From contig JBFXGO010000003.1 in the NCBI GenBank assembly GCA_050239825.1, forward strand, positions 21,277-73,604: 52,328 nucleotides of DNA, read 5' to 3'. This document shows positions 35,993-48,400 of this stretch, piece after piece. The number at the start of each line of letters is the position of its first letter. Position 1 is the stretch's first letter. This DNA comes from a bacterium. GTDB taxonomy: Bacteria; Hydrothermota; 32-111. Below the pieces are notes generated by a model. That model did not search any database. It saw only the letters and a list, made by a program, of their open reading frames with translations, and was not told the origin of the DNA. A program made the position numbers and the translations under genes.

Positions 35993-38212
35993 ATGAATTC
36001 AGGAATGATGTTTTTACTTGCTCCGCTCGGCTCTGTAACAGCTTTGCTTTTTGCATTCATTTTCCACAAAAAAATGGTATCAGCGTCAGAAGGCGACGAC
36101 TTGATGAAGGATATTGCAAAAAGTGTCCGCTCAGGTGCAATGGCATACCTTAAGGAACAATACAAGGCGGTCATAATATTTTTTCTCTGCGCTTTTGTCT
36201 TTATAGGGTTTTTATCCTTTGTCTTGAAAGTGCAGTCATACTGGACGCCGTTTGCCTTCATCACAGGAGGCTTCTTCAGCGGGCTTGCGGGATTTATAGG
36301 CATGAATACAGCAACAAGAGCAAACAGCAGAACTGCAAATGCCGCAAAGACATCTCTTGATGCCGCTTTGAAAGTCGCTTTCCGCTCAGGCGCTGTGATG
36401 GGGCTCACAGTTGTTGGCCTCGGTCTTCTTGATATTTCGATTTGGTTCATGATACTGAGAAAATTCTATGGAAACAATTTTCACATTATAACAACAACCA
36501 TGCTCTCTTTCGGCATGGGAGCTTCAGCGCAGGCATTGTTCGCCAGAGTTGGAGGTGGAATCTTTACTAAAGCCGCCGATGTCGGAGCCGACCTTGTCGG
36601 AAAAATTGAATCAAACATCCCAGAAGATGACCCGAGAAATCCTGCAGTTATAGCAGACAATGTGGGGGATAATGTGGGTGATGTAGCTGGAATGGGAGCT
36701 GATTTGTATGAAAGCTACTGCGGGTCTGTTCTTTCGGCAGCGGCTCTTGGAGCCGCCGCATCCGTCTCTTTATCATTATCTTCAGGCACATCCTTCAATC
36801 TGATAATTCTGCCGATGATGATTGCCGCAATCGGCATCTTTGCATCAATTATAGGCATCTATATGGTAAAAACAAAGGAGGGAGCTGATCAGATACATCT
36901 GATGGAGTCGCTAAACAAAGGAATAGACATATCCTCTCTCATAATTGCTGTTCTTTCATTTTTTGCTATAAAATTGCTTCTTAATAATACCGGAATCAAT
37001 TTTATCAATATTTGGGTGTCGATGATAGTGGGTCTCTTTGCCGGAATCCTAATAGGTAAGGTGACAGAGTACTATACATCCTTTGCATTCAAGCCAACGA
37101 GATTCATAGCCGAACAATCAAAGACCGGACCAGCGACAGTTATTTTGGCGGGATTGGGCGAGTCTATGACATCAACCGGACTTGTGGTCTTGATTGTTTC
37201 AACTGCAATAGTATTTTCGTATCTCTTTTCATCCGGGTTTGACATCTCCAACATTTCTCTGGGTTTGTACGGCATTGCAATTTCCGCTGTGGGCATGCTC
37301 TCGACTTTGGGTATCACACTTGCCACGGATGCATACGGCCCGATTGCCGACAATGCCGGAGGCAATGCTCAGATGAGCCATCAGCCTGAGGATGTCAGAG
37401 AGAGAACAGATGCTCTTGATGCTCTTGGAAATACTACCGCCGCCACAGGCAAGGGATTCGCGATAGGTTCCGCCGCCCTGACAGCTCTCGCTCTTCTTGC
37501 TTCATATATTGAAGAGATAAGAGTGGCTCTAATGCGCATGGCTGAAAACAACAATGGAATAATTATAATCGAAAAAGAGACTTACAGAATGACCGCGGAA
37601 GAGATTGCCAAGCTTGACATTGTTTCTTTGATGAACATGTATTCAATACATCTTTTAAACTTCAGAGTGCTTGTGGGAATATTTATTGGCGCAATGATGC
37701 CGTTTCTTTTTTCCGGATTGACAATCAAAGCTGTTGGCAGAGCGGCTGGAAAGATGGTCGAGGAGGTCAGAAGGCAATTCAGAGAAATTCCGGGAATAAT
37801 GGAGGGCAAAGTCAAACCAGACTATGCAAAATGTGTATCAATCTCGGCAAAGGCGGCAGAAAAAGAGATGGTTTTTCCCGCAGTTCTTGCCGTGATAACT
37901 CCGATAATCACAGGATTGGTGCTTGGTTTAAGCGGAGTGATGGGTATGTTAACAGGAGCGCTCGGCTCGGGTTTTGTCCTTGCTGTAATGATGGCAAATG
38001 CTGGCGGAGCATGGGATAATGCCAAGAAGTTTGTTGAGAGCGGAGAGCATGGCGGGAAAAACACCCCCAATCATGTCGCGGCGGTTATAGGGGATACTGT
38101 TGGAGACCCGTTGAAGGATACTGCGGGACCCTCCCTCAACATACTTATAAAACTTATGAGTATGGTTGCAATAGTTACTGCTGGTCTTATAGCTTCATTC
38201 AGTTTGTTCTGA
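35993..38212 (+). CDS. hppA: Membrane-bound ion-translocating pyrophosphatase, K+-dependent type
   Basis: [35 protein letters not shown] (Ala = K+-dependent), [15 protein letters not shown]. Confidence 0.96.
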   Translation: MNSGMMFLLAPLGSVTALLFAFIFHKKMVSASEGDDLMKDIAKSVRSGAMAYLKEQYKAVIIFFLCAFVFIGFLSFVLKVQSYWTPFAFITGGFFSGLAGFIGMNTATRANSRTANAAKTSLDAALKVAFRSGAVMGLTVVGLGLLDISIWFMILRKFYGNNFHIITTTMLSFGMGASAQALFARVGGGIFTKAADVGADLVGKIESNIPEDDPRNPAVIADNVGDNVGDVAGMGADLYESYCGSVLSAAALGAAASVSLSLSSGTSFNLIILPMMIAAIGIFASIIGIYMVKTKEGADQIHLMESLNKGIDISSLIIAVLSFFAIKLLLNNTGINFINIWVSMIVGLFAGILIGKVTEYYTSFAFKPTRFIAEQSKTGPATVILAGLGESMTSTGLVVLIVSTAIVFSYLFSSGFDISNISLGLYGIAISAVGMLSTLGITLATDAYGPIADNAGGNAQMSHQPEDVRERTDALDALGNTTAATGKGFAIGSAALTALALLASYIEEIRVALMRMAENNNGIIIIEKETYRMTAEEIAKLDIVSLMNMYSIHLLNFRVLVGIFIGAMMPFLFSGLTIKAVGRAAGKMVEEVRRQFREIPGIMEGKVKPDYAKCVSISAKAAEKEMVFPAVLAVITPIITGLVLGLSGVMGMLTGALGSGFVLAVMMANAGGAWDNAKKFVESGEHGGKNTPNHVAAVIGDTVGDPLKDTAGPSLNILIKLMSMVAIVTAGLIASFSLF

Positions 38213-38268
38213 TTTCTATTGACATTATTGTAAATAGAAATATTATATACGAAAGCGTTATTTGAAAT

Positions 38269-38354
38269 GGAGAGATGTCCGAGCTGGTCGAAGGAGCACG
38301 ATTGGAGATCGTGTAAGGGGAAACTCTTCCTGGGTTCGAATCCCAGTCTCTCCG
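38269..38354 (+). tRNA. tRNA-Ser(GGA)
   Basis: GGAGAGA/TCTCTCC acceptor, CACGA-TTGGAGA-TCGTG anticodon arm, long variable arm; promoter TTGACA/TATTAT at 38219-38246. Confidence 0.95.
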
Positions 38355-38565
38355 TTTTTTAGTGGGGACACACCGAAGGAATGTCCCCAGGGATTCGAAC
38401 GCTGACAGCCGCGCTCACCTGCGTGAGAATAAGCGGCGGAAGCGCGGAGTCGAGAGTTTTGTCTGCATTGCGGAGTAATGCAGGAACAAAACCGATGACT
38501 GAATCCCAGTCTCTCCGTTTTTTAGTGGGGACACACCGAAGGAATGTCCCCAGGGATTCGAACGC
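38338..38565 (+). repeat. tRNA-Ser 3'-end repeat (65 bp identical at 38338-38402 and 38501-38565)
   Basis: GAATCCCAGTCTCTCCG...GGGGACA-hairpin-TGTCCCC-AGGGATTCGAACGC occurs twice, period 163 bp. Confidence 0.92.
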
Positions 38566-38607
38566 GTGTTTGTAATTTGCATTTTTTGAAATAAAAAAGG
38601 AGGCAGT

Positions 38608-39162
38608 ATGTCGGCTCTCTTTATCATTCTCGGAATCATCTTGCTGATTGGTTTTGCGGTTGCAGGAGTATACAATTCTCTTGTCAGAGAGAGAAATAGA
38701 GTAAAAAATGCATGGTCGCAGATAGATGTGCAACTTAAAAGAAGGTATGACCTTATACCCAATCTTGTTGAAGTAGTCAAGGATTATATGTCCTATGAGC
38801 AGGAGACTCTCACTAAGGTAATTGAAGCGAGGAATTTTGCAATGGGGGCAAAGGGAGTTAAACAGCAGGCTGAAGCGGAGAATGCGCTTTCGGGGACTCT
38901 CAAATCTCTCTTCGCGGTGATGGAAAATTACCCTCAGCTTAAAGCCAACGAGAATGTTATGAAACTGCAGGAAGAACTCACTTCAACTGAAAACAAAATA
39001 TCATATTCAAGACAGTTCTATAATGATTCAGTGATGCAGTTCAACACAATGGTCGAGACCTTTCCAAACAATATAATTGCAGGAATGTTCAAATTCAAAC
39101 AGTTTGATTTCTTTGCAATACCTGAAGCCGAGAAGCAGAATGTAAAAGTCGATTTGAGGTAA
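38608..39162 (+). CDS. lemA: LemA family protein
   Basis: N-terminal [38 protein letters not shown]. Confidence 0.95.
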   Translation: MSALFIILGIILLIGFAVAGVYNSLVRERNRVKNAWSQIDVQLKRRYDLIPNLVEVVKDYMSYEQETLTKVIEARNFAMGAKGVKQQAEAENALSGTLKSLFAVMENYPQLKANENVMKLQEELTSTENKISYSRQFYNDSVMQFNTMVETFPNNIIAGMFKFKQFDFFAIPEAEKQNVKVDLR

Positions 39163-39163
39163 A

Positions 39164-40168
39164 ATGGCGGCAAAGGTGTGCCCGCGCTGCGGGTTTTACA
39201 ACAGCACTTTCAGAAAGAACTGCTCTTTATGCTCGACACCTTTGGAAGGTGAGTTTCCAAAAGAGGTTGCATTCAAGACCAGTTTTTATAAAGTTCAGTC
39301 TGAAAATAAGGCGAATTCATTTTTACTTGTTTTTATTCTTTTTGCATTTTTGATAGGACTCGGATTTTTATTCGGTAATATTTTTAATTACGGATATTAC
39401 GGACCTATTGCCGCTCTGGCAATCTCAATAATTACAACTCTTATTGCTTATGGCGGAGGAAAGGCAATAGTTATGTCAATTTCAGGAGCAAAGAAGGTTA
39501 CTGAAAAAGAGGAGCCTGAATTCGTGCATATTGTTCAGGAAATGGCTATTGCCTCAGGAGTTAAAATGCCGGAGACCTACATCATAGAAACGGATGCGAT
39601 GAATGCCTTTGCTACAGGCAGAGACGCAAATGACGGAGCGGTCGCAATAACGAGGGGTTTGCTAAACAATCTGACGAGAGATGAGATATCCGGAGTTATG
39701 GCTCATGAAATGGCGCATATAGCCCACCTTGACATAAGGTTTTCAATGCTTGTAGGAGTTCTTGTGGGAACCATAGTAATGATATCTGACTGGCTGTTTA
39801 GATATATGTTCTACGGCAGAAGAAATTCAAGGGAAAAAAAGGGAAACGGAAATGTGATTCTTCTGGCAGTTGCGATAGTACTTGCAATAATCGCCCCGAT
39901 ATTTGCAAAACTTATACAGATGGCTGTTTCCAGAAAAAGAGAGCTTATGGCTGATGCGAGAGCCGCAGAGTATACAAGAAATCCGGAATGCTTAGCATCT
40001 GCTCTTGAAAAGATAGGCGCTTCCTCAATAAAATTGGAGACTGCCACGAGAGCTACAGCTCACATGTTCATTTCAAATCCATTCAAAGATTTCTCAAAAA
40101 AATCTTCCTCTCTATTTTCAACACATCCTCCCATTGAATCAAGAATTCGCCTTCTGAGAAGCATGTAA
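39164..40168 (+). CDS. htpX: HtpX-like M48 zinc metalloprotease with N-terminal zinc ribbon
   Basis: NAFATG, AHEMAH, SRKRELMAD, FSTHPP; CPRC/CSLC at the N-terminus; follows lemA. Confidence 0.9.
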   Translation: MAAKVCPRCGFYNSTFRKNCSLCSTPLEGEFPKEVAFKTSFYKVQSENKANSFLLVFILFAFLIGLGFLFGNIFNYGYYGPIAALAISIITTLIAYGGGKAIVMSISGAKKVTEKEEPEFVHIVQEMAIASGVKMPETYIIETDAMNAFATGRDANDGAVAITRGLLNNLTRDEISGVMAHEMAHIAHLDIRFSMLVGVLVGTIVMISDWLFRYMFYGRRNSREKKGNGNVILLAVAIVLAIIAPIFAKLIQMAVSRKRELMADARAAEYTRNPECLASALEKIGASSIKLETATRATAHMFISNPFKDFSKKSSSLFSTHPPIESRIRLLRSM

Positions 40169-40169
40169 G

Positions 40170-41129
40170 ATGGAAGAGAAGAAAGTTCTTGCCGTTGTGC
40201 TGAATTACAACGGCATTTTATTTACAGGGGATCTGCTGTTTAAGGCTCTTGAATCTCTCTTAAAGCAGGATTACAAAAAAACCGAAATAATAGTAATTGA
40301 CAACCACTCAACGGATGAGAGTGTCAGAAGGATAAGAAAAGAATTTCCTCAGATTAGAATCATTGTCTTGAAAAAAAATACTGCGACAATGGGTTATAAT
40401 GCTGGGATTGATGTATTTCTAAAAGAAAAGCATGACTATCTGCTACTCTGCAACAATGATATAATTTTCCGGAATGATTTTATCAGTTCAATGGTCGATT
40501 TCGCCGAAAGAATACCTGAGGCAGGTCTTTTGACTCCCAGAATGATGATGCTTTCAGACAGGAATGTTTATAATTCAACAGGGATAATTATAAATTTGAG
40601 CGGGTTTGCCTGGGACAGGAATTTTGGGGATACAGAGAGCGGAATAGGAATACCCAAAAGCGATGAAGTTATCGCTGGGTCAGGCGGCGCGATGTTCTGC
40701 AGAAGAGAGGCAATTGAAAAGACAGGGAAATTTGATTCCATATACAGGGCTTACTATGAGGATGTCGATTTATCTGTGAGGATGAAAAGAAAAACAGATT
40801 TAAAAATTTTTTACAATTCAAAGGCGGTATGTTTTCATGCTTTTTCAAAATCATGGGGAAAGAACCCCTTGAAAGAGTTTTATATGATAAGAAACAGGTA
40901 CATTTTTGTATTAACACACTTTAATTGGAAACTGCTTTCACACTCTATCCGATTTATGCTTTTTAATGTAAGACACGAAGATACTAAAATAAACAGGAGA
41001 ATATTTTTTTCACTCACAATTCTTATTCCAATGATTATTTTCAGGAGAATCAAGTACACCTTTTACAAACCTTTGGATGAAAGAGAACTGGAAAATTTTG
41101 CAGGATTTCCAAGATTGTCAATTAGGTAA
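40170..41129 (+). CDS. Glycosyltransferase family 2
   Basis: VLNYNG, IDNHSTD, LCNND, YYEDVDL. Confidence 0.88.
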   Translation: MEEKKVLAVVLNYNGILFTGDLLFKALESLLKQDYKKTEIIVIDNHSTDESVRRIRKEFPQIRIIVLKKNTATMGYNAGIDVFLKEKHDYLLLCNNDIIFRNDFISSMVDFAERIPEAGLLTPRMMMLSDRNVYNSTGIIINLSGFAWDRNFGDTESGIGIPKSDEVIAGSGGAMFCRREAIEKTGKFDSIYRAYYEDVDLSVRMKRKTDLKIFYNSKAVCFHAFSKSWGKNPLKEFYMIRNRYIFVLTHFNWKLLSHSIRFMLFNVRHEDTKINRRIFFSLTILIPMIIFRRIKYTFYKPLDERELENFAGFPRLSIR

Positions 41130-41265
41130 TGTGCAAATAATGCAGTGAATTGTAATAATTTCAATAATAATAATCATAAATTAAATAATATAAATACTTA
41201 TAATATATATTTGGTATATTTGTTGCTCAATTATTGTCAAATTAAAAAAATTAAACGGAGGTATT

Positions 41266-44200
41266 ATGTTTAAAAAAGCAATTTCTCTCACTCTGCTTTT
41301 TGTCATGTGCATCATGATAGGCGCGAGTGATTCGAGCATGCTTCTTTTCAAGATGAAAGAATTTTCAACAGATTTTGAAGCTCCTGATTTTTCAGGCATG
41401 GGATTGTCAAAAGAGAGCGCAAAATCAGAGTTTGATTATTATATTGTGCAGTTTTCATCTGTTGTAATGCCTTCTCACAGGCGGGAGATTGAAAAGCTGG
41501 GCGGAAAGGTCTTTGACTATATACCTAACAATGCATATATAGTTAAAATGCCGACAGCGCAGTTCAATTCAATGAGCTCTCTTAAATCGGTTAAATTTGT
41601 TCAGCTTTACCAACCGGCTTACAGAGTCTCTCCTGATTTGATAAACAATGAGCAGGTATCACATGAAAAAGAGAAGAGCGGATACATTCGTATGCTTGTC
41701 TCGGCATTTTTCGGAGAAGACCCAATAGCATTTAAAGAAAAACTTTCACAAATACCGAATGTAACTCTTATTGAAGGTTTTATGCCTATAAGAATTGAAA
41801 TTCCTCAGGACAAGGCAAAAGAAGTCGCAACAGCAATAGCAAACATTACTGAAACATACTGGGTAGAAAGAGAGTATCCTGTTGAGCTTCACAATGCTTG
41901 GTCAAGGTGGATAATGGACACATTTGACACATTATATTATAAAAATGGCACTTTGGATTCATGGAAATCGGCGCTCACAATTTCAAGCGCAAATGATTCT
42001 ACCCGTTTGCAGATGTATGCGCACGGAATATATGGACAAAACATGATTGTCGGTGATGATGATACAGGGTGCGACTGGGACAATATATATTTCAGAGACC
42101 CCTTGGGGACAAAACCGGTTTATGATAAGGACAAAGACAGAGACTGTGAAACAACAGGCACACACAGAAAAATAGTTGCGTACAATGTTCTTGCTGATAC
42201 TTTTGATTTAGCAAGTTCAGGACATGGTTCGCACACCACAGGTTCAGTTGCCGCAGATTCAATGGGTTCTGGTCTTCCATCCGTTACTGCTTTTGCAAGA
42301 GTGATGGGAATGGCACCTTTGGCCCGTCTTGCATTTACTGATATCGGAAATGCGAGCGACGCTCTTGTGCTTCCTACAAATTATAATGATATTTATGACT
42401 GGGCTTACGATGCTGGTGCAAGAATACACACTTCATCTTGGGGATATTCTTCAGGTGGAACTAGTGCTTACACAACAAATTGCCAACAGCTTGATTCATG
42501 CGCATGGAGAAATAAAGATTATATGATGTTCCGTTCCGCGGGAAATTCAAATCTTGACAGGGACTCGGTAAATACTCCAGCAACAGCAAAAAATATTGTG
42601 TGCGTGGGAGCTACAGAATCAGGATTTGGTTCTGCAACAACAACATGGGCGACAGTAGGCGGAGCAACAAGAAATGAGCTTAATGATGTCGCAGAGTTTT
42701 CATCTCATGGACCCACTAAAGAGGGTATGATGAGACCCGATGTCTGCGGTTCGGGCGGATGGTATATTTGGTCTGTCGATTCTGACGGAGATCTTGGTTC
42801 AGGCAATGCAGGCATATATTATATGGGCGGCACTTCAATGTCAACACCCACAACTGCTGGCTTCGGCGCCCTTGTTCGTCAGTATTTTACTGAAGGATGG
42901 TATCCTTCAGGAGCAAAGAATGCAGGTGATGCGATAAATCCTTCAGGTGCTCTCATAAAAGCTATGATAATTAATTCAACACGCAATTCTAATGGAGCTT
43001 ATTCAATAAGCACAATCAACAGTAACCTTACCCAGAGCGCACCTTCACAGGGGCAGGGATGGGGCAGGGTTACTATGGCTGATGCAATATTCTTTTCAGG
43101 AGATGTCAGGGATTTGAAGGTATGGGATGTAACAAGCGGATTCACATCTGCAGGCCAGTACACTGAATATACAATTACAACAGGTCCTTCGACAACTGAA
43201 TACACAAAGATAGTTCTTACATGGGTTGACTATCCTGCAAATACTGGAGTTACAAGTTTGGTTGTCAATGACCTTAATTTAACAGTCACAGTAAATGGCA
43301 ACACATACCTCGGAAATGTATTCGGAACAACAGCCCGCTCAATCACAGGCGGTTCTGCAGACACCGAGAATGTAACCGAGGTGGTTTGGCTTAATGCAAC
43401 TCCCGGTCAGACGATTACAATAAGAGTGACGGCAGCGGCTGTTCCTTACGGTCCTCAGCCGTATGCTCTTGTTGCATCGGGAGATTTTATTACCGCCGCT
43501 AAAATAAACTATAAAAAATCAGTAATACTTGATTCTCCGACTCCTGTTCTTGTCGATGCAAAGTTAAATAACGGCGAGACCTCGGACATGAATATCTGGA
43601 TAACCAACAACACTGGCGCTAGCCAAACAATATCCGCGGCTAAACTTCGCGAGGGTTCTGCTTACATATCTAATCTTGATTCATTGGGCTCGTACGAACC
43701 CGTGCCCGACAATGATTCTGCATACTCGGTTTACAGATTTTCAGTAGCAAGCAATACACCTGATGGAACATCAATACCTTGCACGCTCTTTGTTTCGTAT
43801 GGCACAAAGGTTGACACATCCGCATTTGCTCTAATTGTTTCTGGAGTCAAAGTTGCCACTTTAAGTACATCATCTCTTACATTTGATTTCAGTACTAAAC
43901 AAACATCAAGTTCTATAATGTCATCTTTATCAGTTAATAGTAATATGGATACTAAAATAAAGGGTACTTATTTTGCTGAACTGCAAAATAAAGAGCTAAG
44001 TGAATTTAGTTCCCCTAAAGCAGTATGGGATACATTAATGTGGGATGATGCAATAAATGAAGGCGTTGTAGGCTGGACAGGTTTTACCTATTCGGCAAAC
44101 AAGTTCACTGTTGCTGCTCCATGCACGGTTCGCGCCATACAATGGGGAAGAATGATAAATAATTTCAGCAGAACTGATACTCTCTATGTTTGGAGTGATA

Positions 44201-45312
44201 ATGCAGGAGTGCCGGGCACTGTTCTTGGTAAATGGGTAGCATCAGGTCTTAACTCCAGCGGCATTGCAACAATTTACAGGTCTACAATAACATCAGGCCC
44301 ATCAGTGAATGGAGCTTTTTGGGTAGGAGTTTATACAGTATTATCTACTCAAACAAACAGGCCGTCATATATGTTATCCGATACAATTGGAGGGTCCAAC
44401 TCTATCTATTCAAGTTCGTCATCAGGTCCATGGACCACCAATTCTCCAGATGGGGATTGGGTTATTAGAGTTGAAGTTGAACCATCAGTTTTACCTGCAG
44501 ATTCTGGAATTTTCTATGTTAAGAATACAGATGTTCAGTCAGTTGCCTCTTTTGATGTAACCGGTATAACTAAAGCAAAAGGTTCATCATGGATCGCGTC
44601 CATTTCACCGACAACTGGAACTATAGCAGACGGAGATTCATTGGCTGTAAAACTGATAATAGACACAACCGGCCTGTCTCCATATACAACTTACTATGAT
44701 ACCCTTTTGATTGCCACGACTGCAGATCTGACAAAAGCAGTTACTGTAAGATTGCCTGTGACTTTGATAATGGGCAGCATGACATCAATAATGTCAGTTA
44801 ATCTGGCATATTCTGTTGAAAACAGTAATGTCAATCTTGAATGGAATTCAACCGAGGAAGGTGCATGGATAATTTATAGAGACAATCAAATGATAGGCGA
44901 AAAATCAGGAGTAGGAATGCTTAAGTTTACAGATAGAGATGTCAGTTCAGGCATTCACTCATACAGAATTTCTCTTAATGTAAATGGAAGAGAGATACTC
45001 TCCTCTGATATTGTGAAGGTCAATATAAAAAAATACATCGCCTCCATTTCGAGACCGACACCCGATCCTTTCTCGACTTATACAATAGTTGAATTTTTAA
45101 ATGATATTCTGCAGAATGTTGATGTTTCAGTTTACGATGCGACAGGAAGAGAAGTAAAAAATATCTTCTCAGGTAATCTTGAAAAAGGTTCATACAACTA
45201 TAAGTGGGATGGAACTGATGACAATCAAACCAGAGTTACTACGGGAGTATATTTCATTAAAATCAGGACTTCAACATCGGAATTTACAGAAAGATTGATG
45301 TTCATTAAGTAA
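41266..45312 (+). CDS. Secreted S8 (subtilisin/KP-43-like) serine peptidase with FlgD/T9SS-like C-terminal domain
   Basis: Signal peptide; triad DDTG / HGSH / GTSMSTP; SAGN oxyanion motif; tail VYDATGREVK...WDGTDD...GVYFIKI. Confidence 0.9.
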   Translation: MFKKAISLTLLFVMCIMIGASDSSMLLFKMKEFSTDFEAPDFSGMGLSKESAKSEFDYYIVQFSSVVMPSHRREIEKLGGKVFDYIPNNAYIVKMPTAQFNSMSSLKSVKFVQLYQPAYRVSPDLINNEQVSHEKEKSGYIRMLVSAFFGEDPIAFKEKLSQIPNVTLIEGFMPIRIEIPQDKAKEVATAIANITETYWVEREYPVELHNAWSRWIMDTFDTLYYKNGTLDSWKSALTISSANDSTRLQMYAHGIYGQNMIVGDDDTGCDWDNIYFRDPLGTKPVYDKDKDRDCETTGTHRKIVAYNVLADTFDLASSGHGSHTTGSVAADSMGSGLPSVTAFARVMGMAPLARLAFTDIGNASDALVLPTNYNDIYDWAYDAGARIHTSSWGYSSGGTSAYTTNCQQLDSCAWRNKDYMMFRSAGNSNLDRDSVNTPATAKNIVCVGATESGFGSATTTWATVGGATRNELNDVAEFSSHGPTKEGMMRPDVCGSGGWYIWSVDSDGDLGSGNAGIYYMGGTSMSTPTTAGFGALVRQYFTEGWYPSGAKNAGDAINPSGALIKAMIINSTRNSNGAYSISTINSNLTQSAPSQGQGWGRVTMADAIFFSGDVRDLKVWDVTSGFTSAGQYTEYTITTGPSTTEYTKIVLTWVDYPANTGVTSLVVNDLNLTVTVNGNTYLGNVFGTTARSITGGSADTENVTEVVWLNATPGQTITIRVTAAAVPYGPQPYALVASGDFITAAKINYKKSVILDSPTPVLVDAKLNNGETSDMNIWITNNTGASQTISAAKLREGSAYISNLDSLGSYEPVPDNDSAYSVYRFSVASNTPDGTSIPCTLFVSYGTKVDTSAFALIVSGVKVATLSTSSLTFDFSTKQTSSSIMSSLSVNSNMDTKIKGTYFAELQNKELSEFSSPKAVWDTLMWDDAINEGVVGWTGFTYSANKFTVAAPCTVRAIQWGRMINNFSRTDTLYVWSDNAGVPGTVLGKWVASGLNSSGIATIYRSTITSGPSVNGAFWVGVYTVLSTQTNRPSYMLSDTIGGSNSIYSSSSSGPWTTNSPDGDWVIRVEVEPSVLPADSGIFYVKNTDVQSVASFDVTGITKAKGSSWIASISPTTGTIADGDSLAVKLIIDTTGLSPYTTYYDTLLIATTADLTKAVTVRLPVTLIMGSMTSIMSVNLAYSVENSNVNLEWNSTEEGAWIIYRDNQMIGEKSGVGMLKFTDRDVSSGIHSYRISLNVNGREILSSDIVKVNIKKYIASISRPTPDPFSTYTIVEFLNDILQNVDVSVYDATGREVKNIFSGNLEKGSYNYKWDGTDDNQTRVTTGVYFIKIRTSTSEFTERLMFIK

Positions 45313-45324
45313 GTATTGGATTTG

Positions 45325-45357
45325 AAAAAAAGGGGGGCAAAAGCCCCCCTTTTTTTT
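45325..45357. terminator. Bidirectional intrinsic terminator
   Basis: AAAAAAAGGGGGGC-AAAA-GCCCCCCTTTTTTTT. Confidence 0.9.
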
Positions 45358-45413
45358 GCCATACCCCCTTTACTTTACAAAAATATGGATTTATAATATA
45401 AAAAAAAGGAGGC

Positions 45414-48400
45414 GTGATGAAAGCAAGATATCTTATAATTATTCTACTAATTGTTTGTTCTGTTTCTCTATTTTCAGCTTCTGACAGATTGTATCTTAAA
45501 ATCAACGAAATATCAACAAAGTATGGAGCTCCTGATTATTCCTCATACAATCTGCAAAGAAATTCCATTGACGGTTATGATTACTTTGTAGTCCAATTCA
45601 ATGACATAATAAGACCGAATTTTAAGAATGAGATAAAAAAGAACGGTGGAGAGGTATTTGACTATATTCCGGACAATGCTTACATAGTCAAGATGGATGC
45701 AAAATCATTTGCCAAAGTCAAAGAAATGAAGAGCGTGCAGTTTGTACAGATTTGGCAGCCTGCATATAGAATTGACCCAAAGCTTCTGAATGAAGATATT
45801 GTCTCAGTATCAGGAAAAGACCTTCCCGGGAAAATTCAGTTAAAGGTGACTATGTTTGAAAAAGAAAATAAGAATAATTTCTATACCGCGGTTTCAAAGG
45901 TAAGGGGAGTAAAAATTCTTCAAGGTGAGCATGTGCTTCTTGTTGAAGTGAATGAAGCGGAAGCGCGGGAAAAAACGATAGAGCTTGCATCAATAAGAGA
46001 GGTATATTGGGTTTCAAGATTTCTTCCGTTTGAACTTCACAATGCCTGGTCAAGATGGATAATGGATACTTTTGATACTCTGAACATGAAAGCGGCGGCT
46101 GATTCATGGAAATCTCAGCTTTCAATGTCAACTGCGGCAGATTCTGCGAGAATGCAGTTATATGCCCACGGATTATATGGCCAAAACCAGATTGTCGGAG
46201 TTGATGATACAGGGTGCGATTGGGATAATATCTATTTTAGAGACCCCTTGGGAACTAAACCTGTCTATGACAAGGACGATGACACAATTTGCGAGGCAGT
46301 GGGCACTCACAGAAAGATTGTCTGCTACAATGCATATCAGGATACATTTGACCTTTCAAGCTCCGGACACGGTTCTCACACATCAGGGTCAGTGCTTGCA
46401 GATTCAATGAATTCAGGTTTGCCGAGTATTACTGCTTTCCCGAGAGTGATGGGAATGGCTCCTATGGCAAAATTAGCTTTTTATGATATAGGCGGGACGG
46501 GGGATGTACTTTACACTCCGACCGACATTGGCGAAATATACATTTGGCAATATAATGCTGGAGCAAGAATCACAACATCATCTTGGGGTTACTCTGCCGG
46601 AGGCAGTTCCGGTTATGACACTGAAGCAAGAAATGTCGACATAGCCGGCTGGAACCATAAGGATATGTGCATGTTTCGCTCATCTGGAAATGACAACACA
46701 AGCAATGATTCCACTAATACTCCTGCAACCGCTAAAAACATTGTTACTGTGGGAGCAACTGAGAGCGGCTTCGGCGCCGGTTCCACAACATGGGCTGTGA
46801 ATGGTACATCTGACAGAAATGAACTTTTGGATGTGGCTGAATTTTCGTCCCACGGTCCGACTTATGAAGGACAGAGAAAACCTGAAGTTTTAGGCTGTGG
46901 AGGGTTGTATATTTGGTCGGTAGATTCAGACGGAAATCTTGCATCCAATAATTCAGGTATAATGACGATGGGCGGAACATCAATGTCAACACCGACTACA
47001 GCAGGGTTCGCGGCATTGATAAGGCAGTATTTTACAGCAGGATGGTATCCTTCAGGTGCTCCGGATGCAGGCGATGCAATTACTCCGTCAGGAGCATTGA
47101 TAAAGGCAATGCTTGTCAATTCAACAAGGAACTCTCCCGGAGCTTATTCTACAGATGCAATAAATAACACAGGAACACAGAATGCTCCTTCAATGGGGCA
47201 GGGCTGGGGAAGGGTGACAATGGCGGATGTGATATATTTTGAAGGTGATGAAAGGGATTTGTGGGTTGTCGATGAAACAACAGGTTTCACTGCAGTTGCA
47301 CAGTATAATGAATATACAATAAATCTCGGTTCATCAACATCCGAGTATGTCAAAGTTGTTCTCACTTGGACAGATTATCCTGCAAATACAGGTGTCACAA
47401 ATGCTCTTGTCAATGACCTTAATCTTACTGTGACTCTTGATGGAAATACTTATTTGGGAAATGTGTTTGGAACATCATCGCGTTCAATAACCGGAGGCTC
47501 TGCTGATAACAGAAATGTGACGGAAGTCGTCTGGCTGAATGCTGTTGCCGGAGGAACATTGACAATCAGGGTGACTGCGGCAAACATCCCTAATGGACCT
47601 CAGCCGTATGCCGTTGTGGCAACGGGCGATTTTGTTTCAATAACAGGGCATAAGCCGTCTGTTCCTTCTCTTTATAAATTGTATGATTGCGCAAGAGTGC
47701 CTGTTTTAACTCCTGCAATATCATTTATGTCAACAGATGAAGACGGAGATGCAATTAATTACAGGATTATGTACTCGACTGACCCGCTCTTTTCATCCGC
47801 AGACAGTTTTACTACATCAACCTATGCGAGCGGAGTGACTGCCGAGGTTGTCTATCCTTCAAATCTGATTGATAATACAACATATTATTACAAAGTCAAA
47901 GCGCAGGATCCTTCAGGAAGCGGTTATTGGAGCTCTTATTCGGAAGTGAGGAGTTTCTCAGTTTTCACTCTTTTGGGAGCCGGAAACTATTCATGGTATC
48001 AGGCAAAGAATGCTCAATTTACAAAAGACAATCTGTCCGGAACAATCCTTGTCGGAGATACATTGAAGCTGAATGCTACAAATGGATTTGACACAGATAC
48101 TCTTTTGTTCTCAAACTTTGAAACCGGAACAACGGGTTGGACGGTAGTTGATGCGGGAGGCACAGGTACATGGGCAAGAGTTGCTACAGGGCAGGCGGAT
48201 ATAAGCACATACTATCCAACAACTCCGGGCTCATACTACTACTATTATTCGGATGATGACGCAGGGAGCGGAGATACTACTGCTGAGGAGTATCTATATT
48301 CACCTGTAATAGCGGTTATTGATGCCGATTCATTGATTTTGAAATATGGATACGGATTCAAGTACTACTCGGCCTTAGAATTTTTAAGAGTTTCATACAG

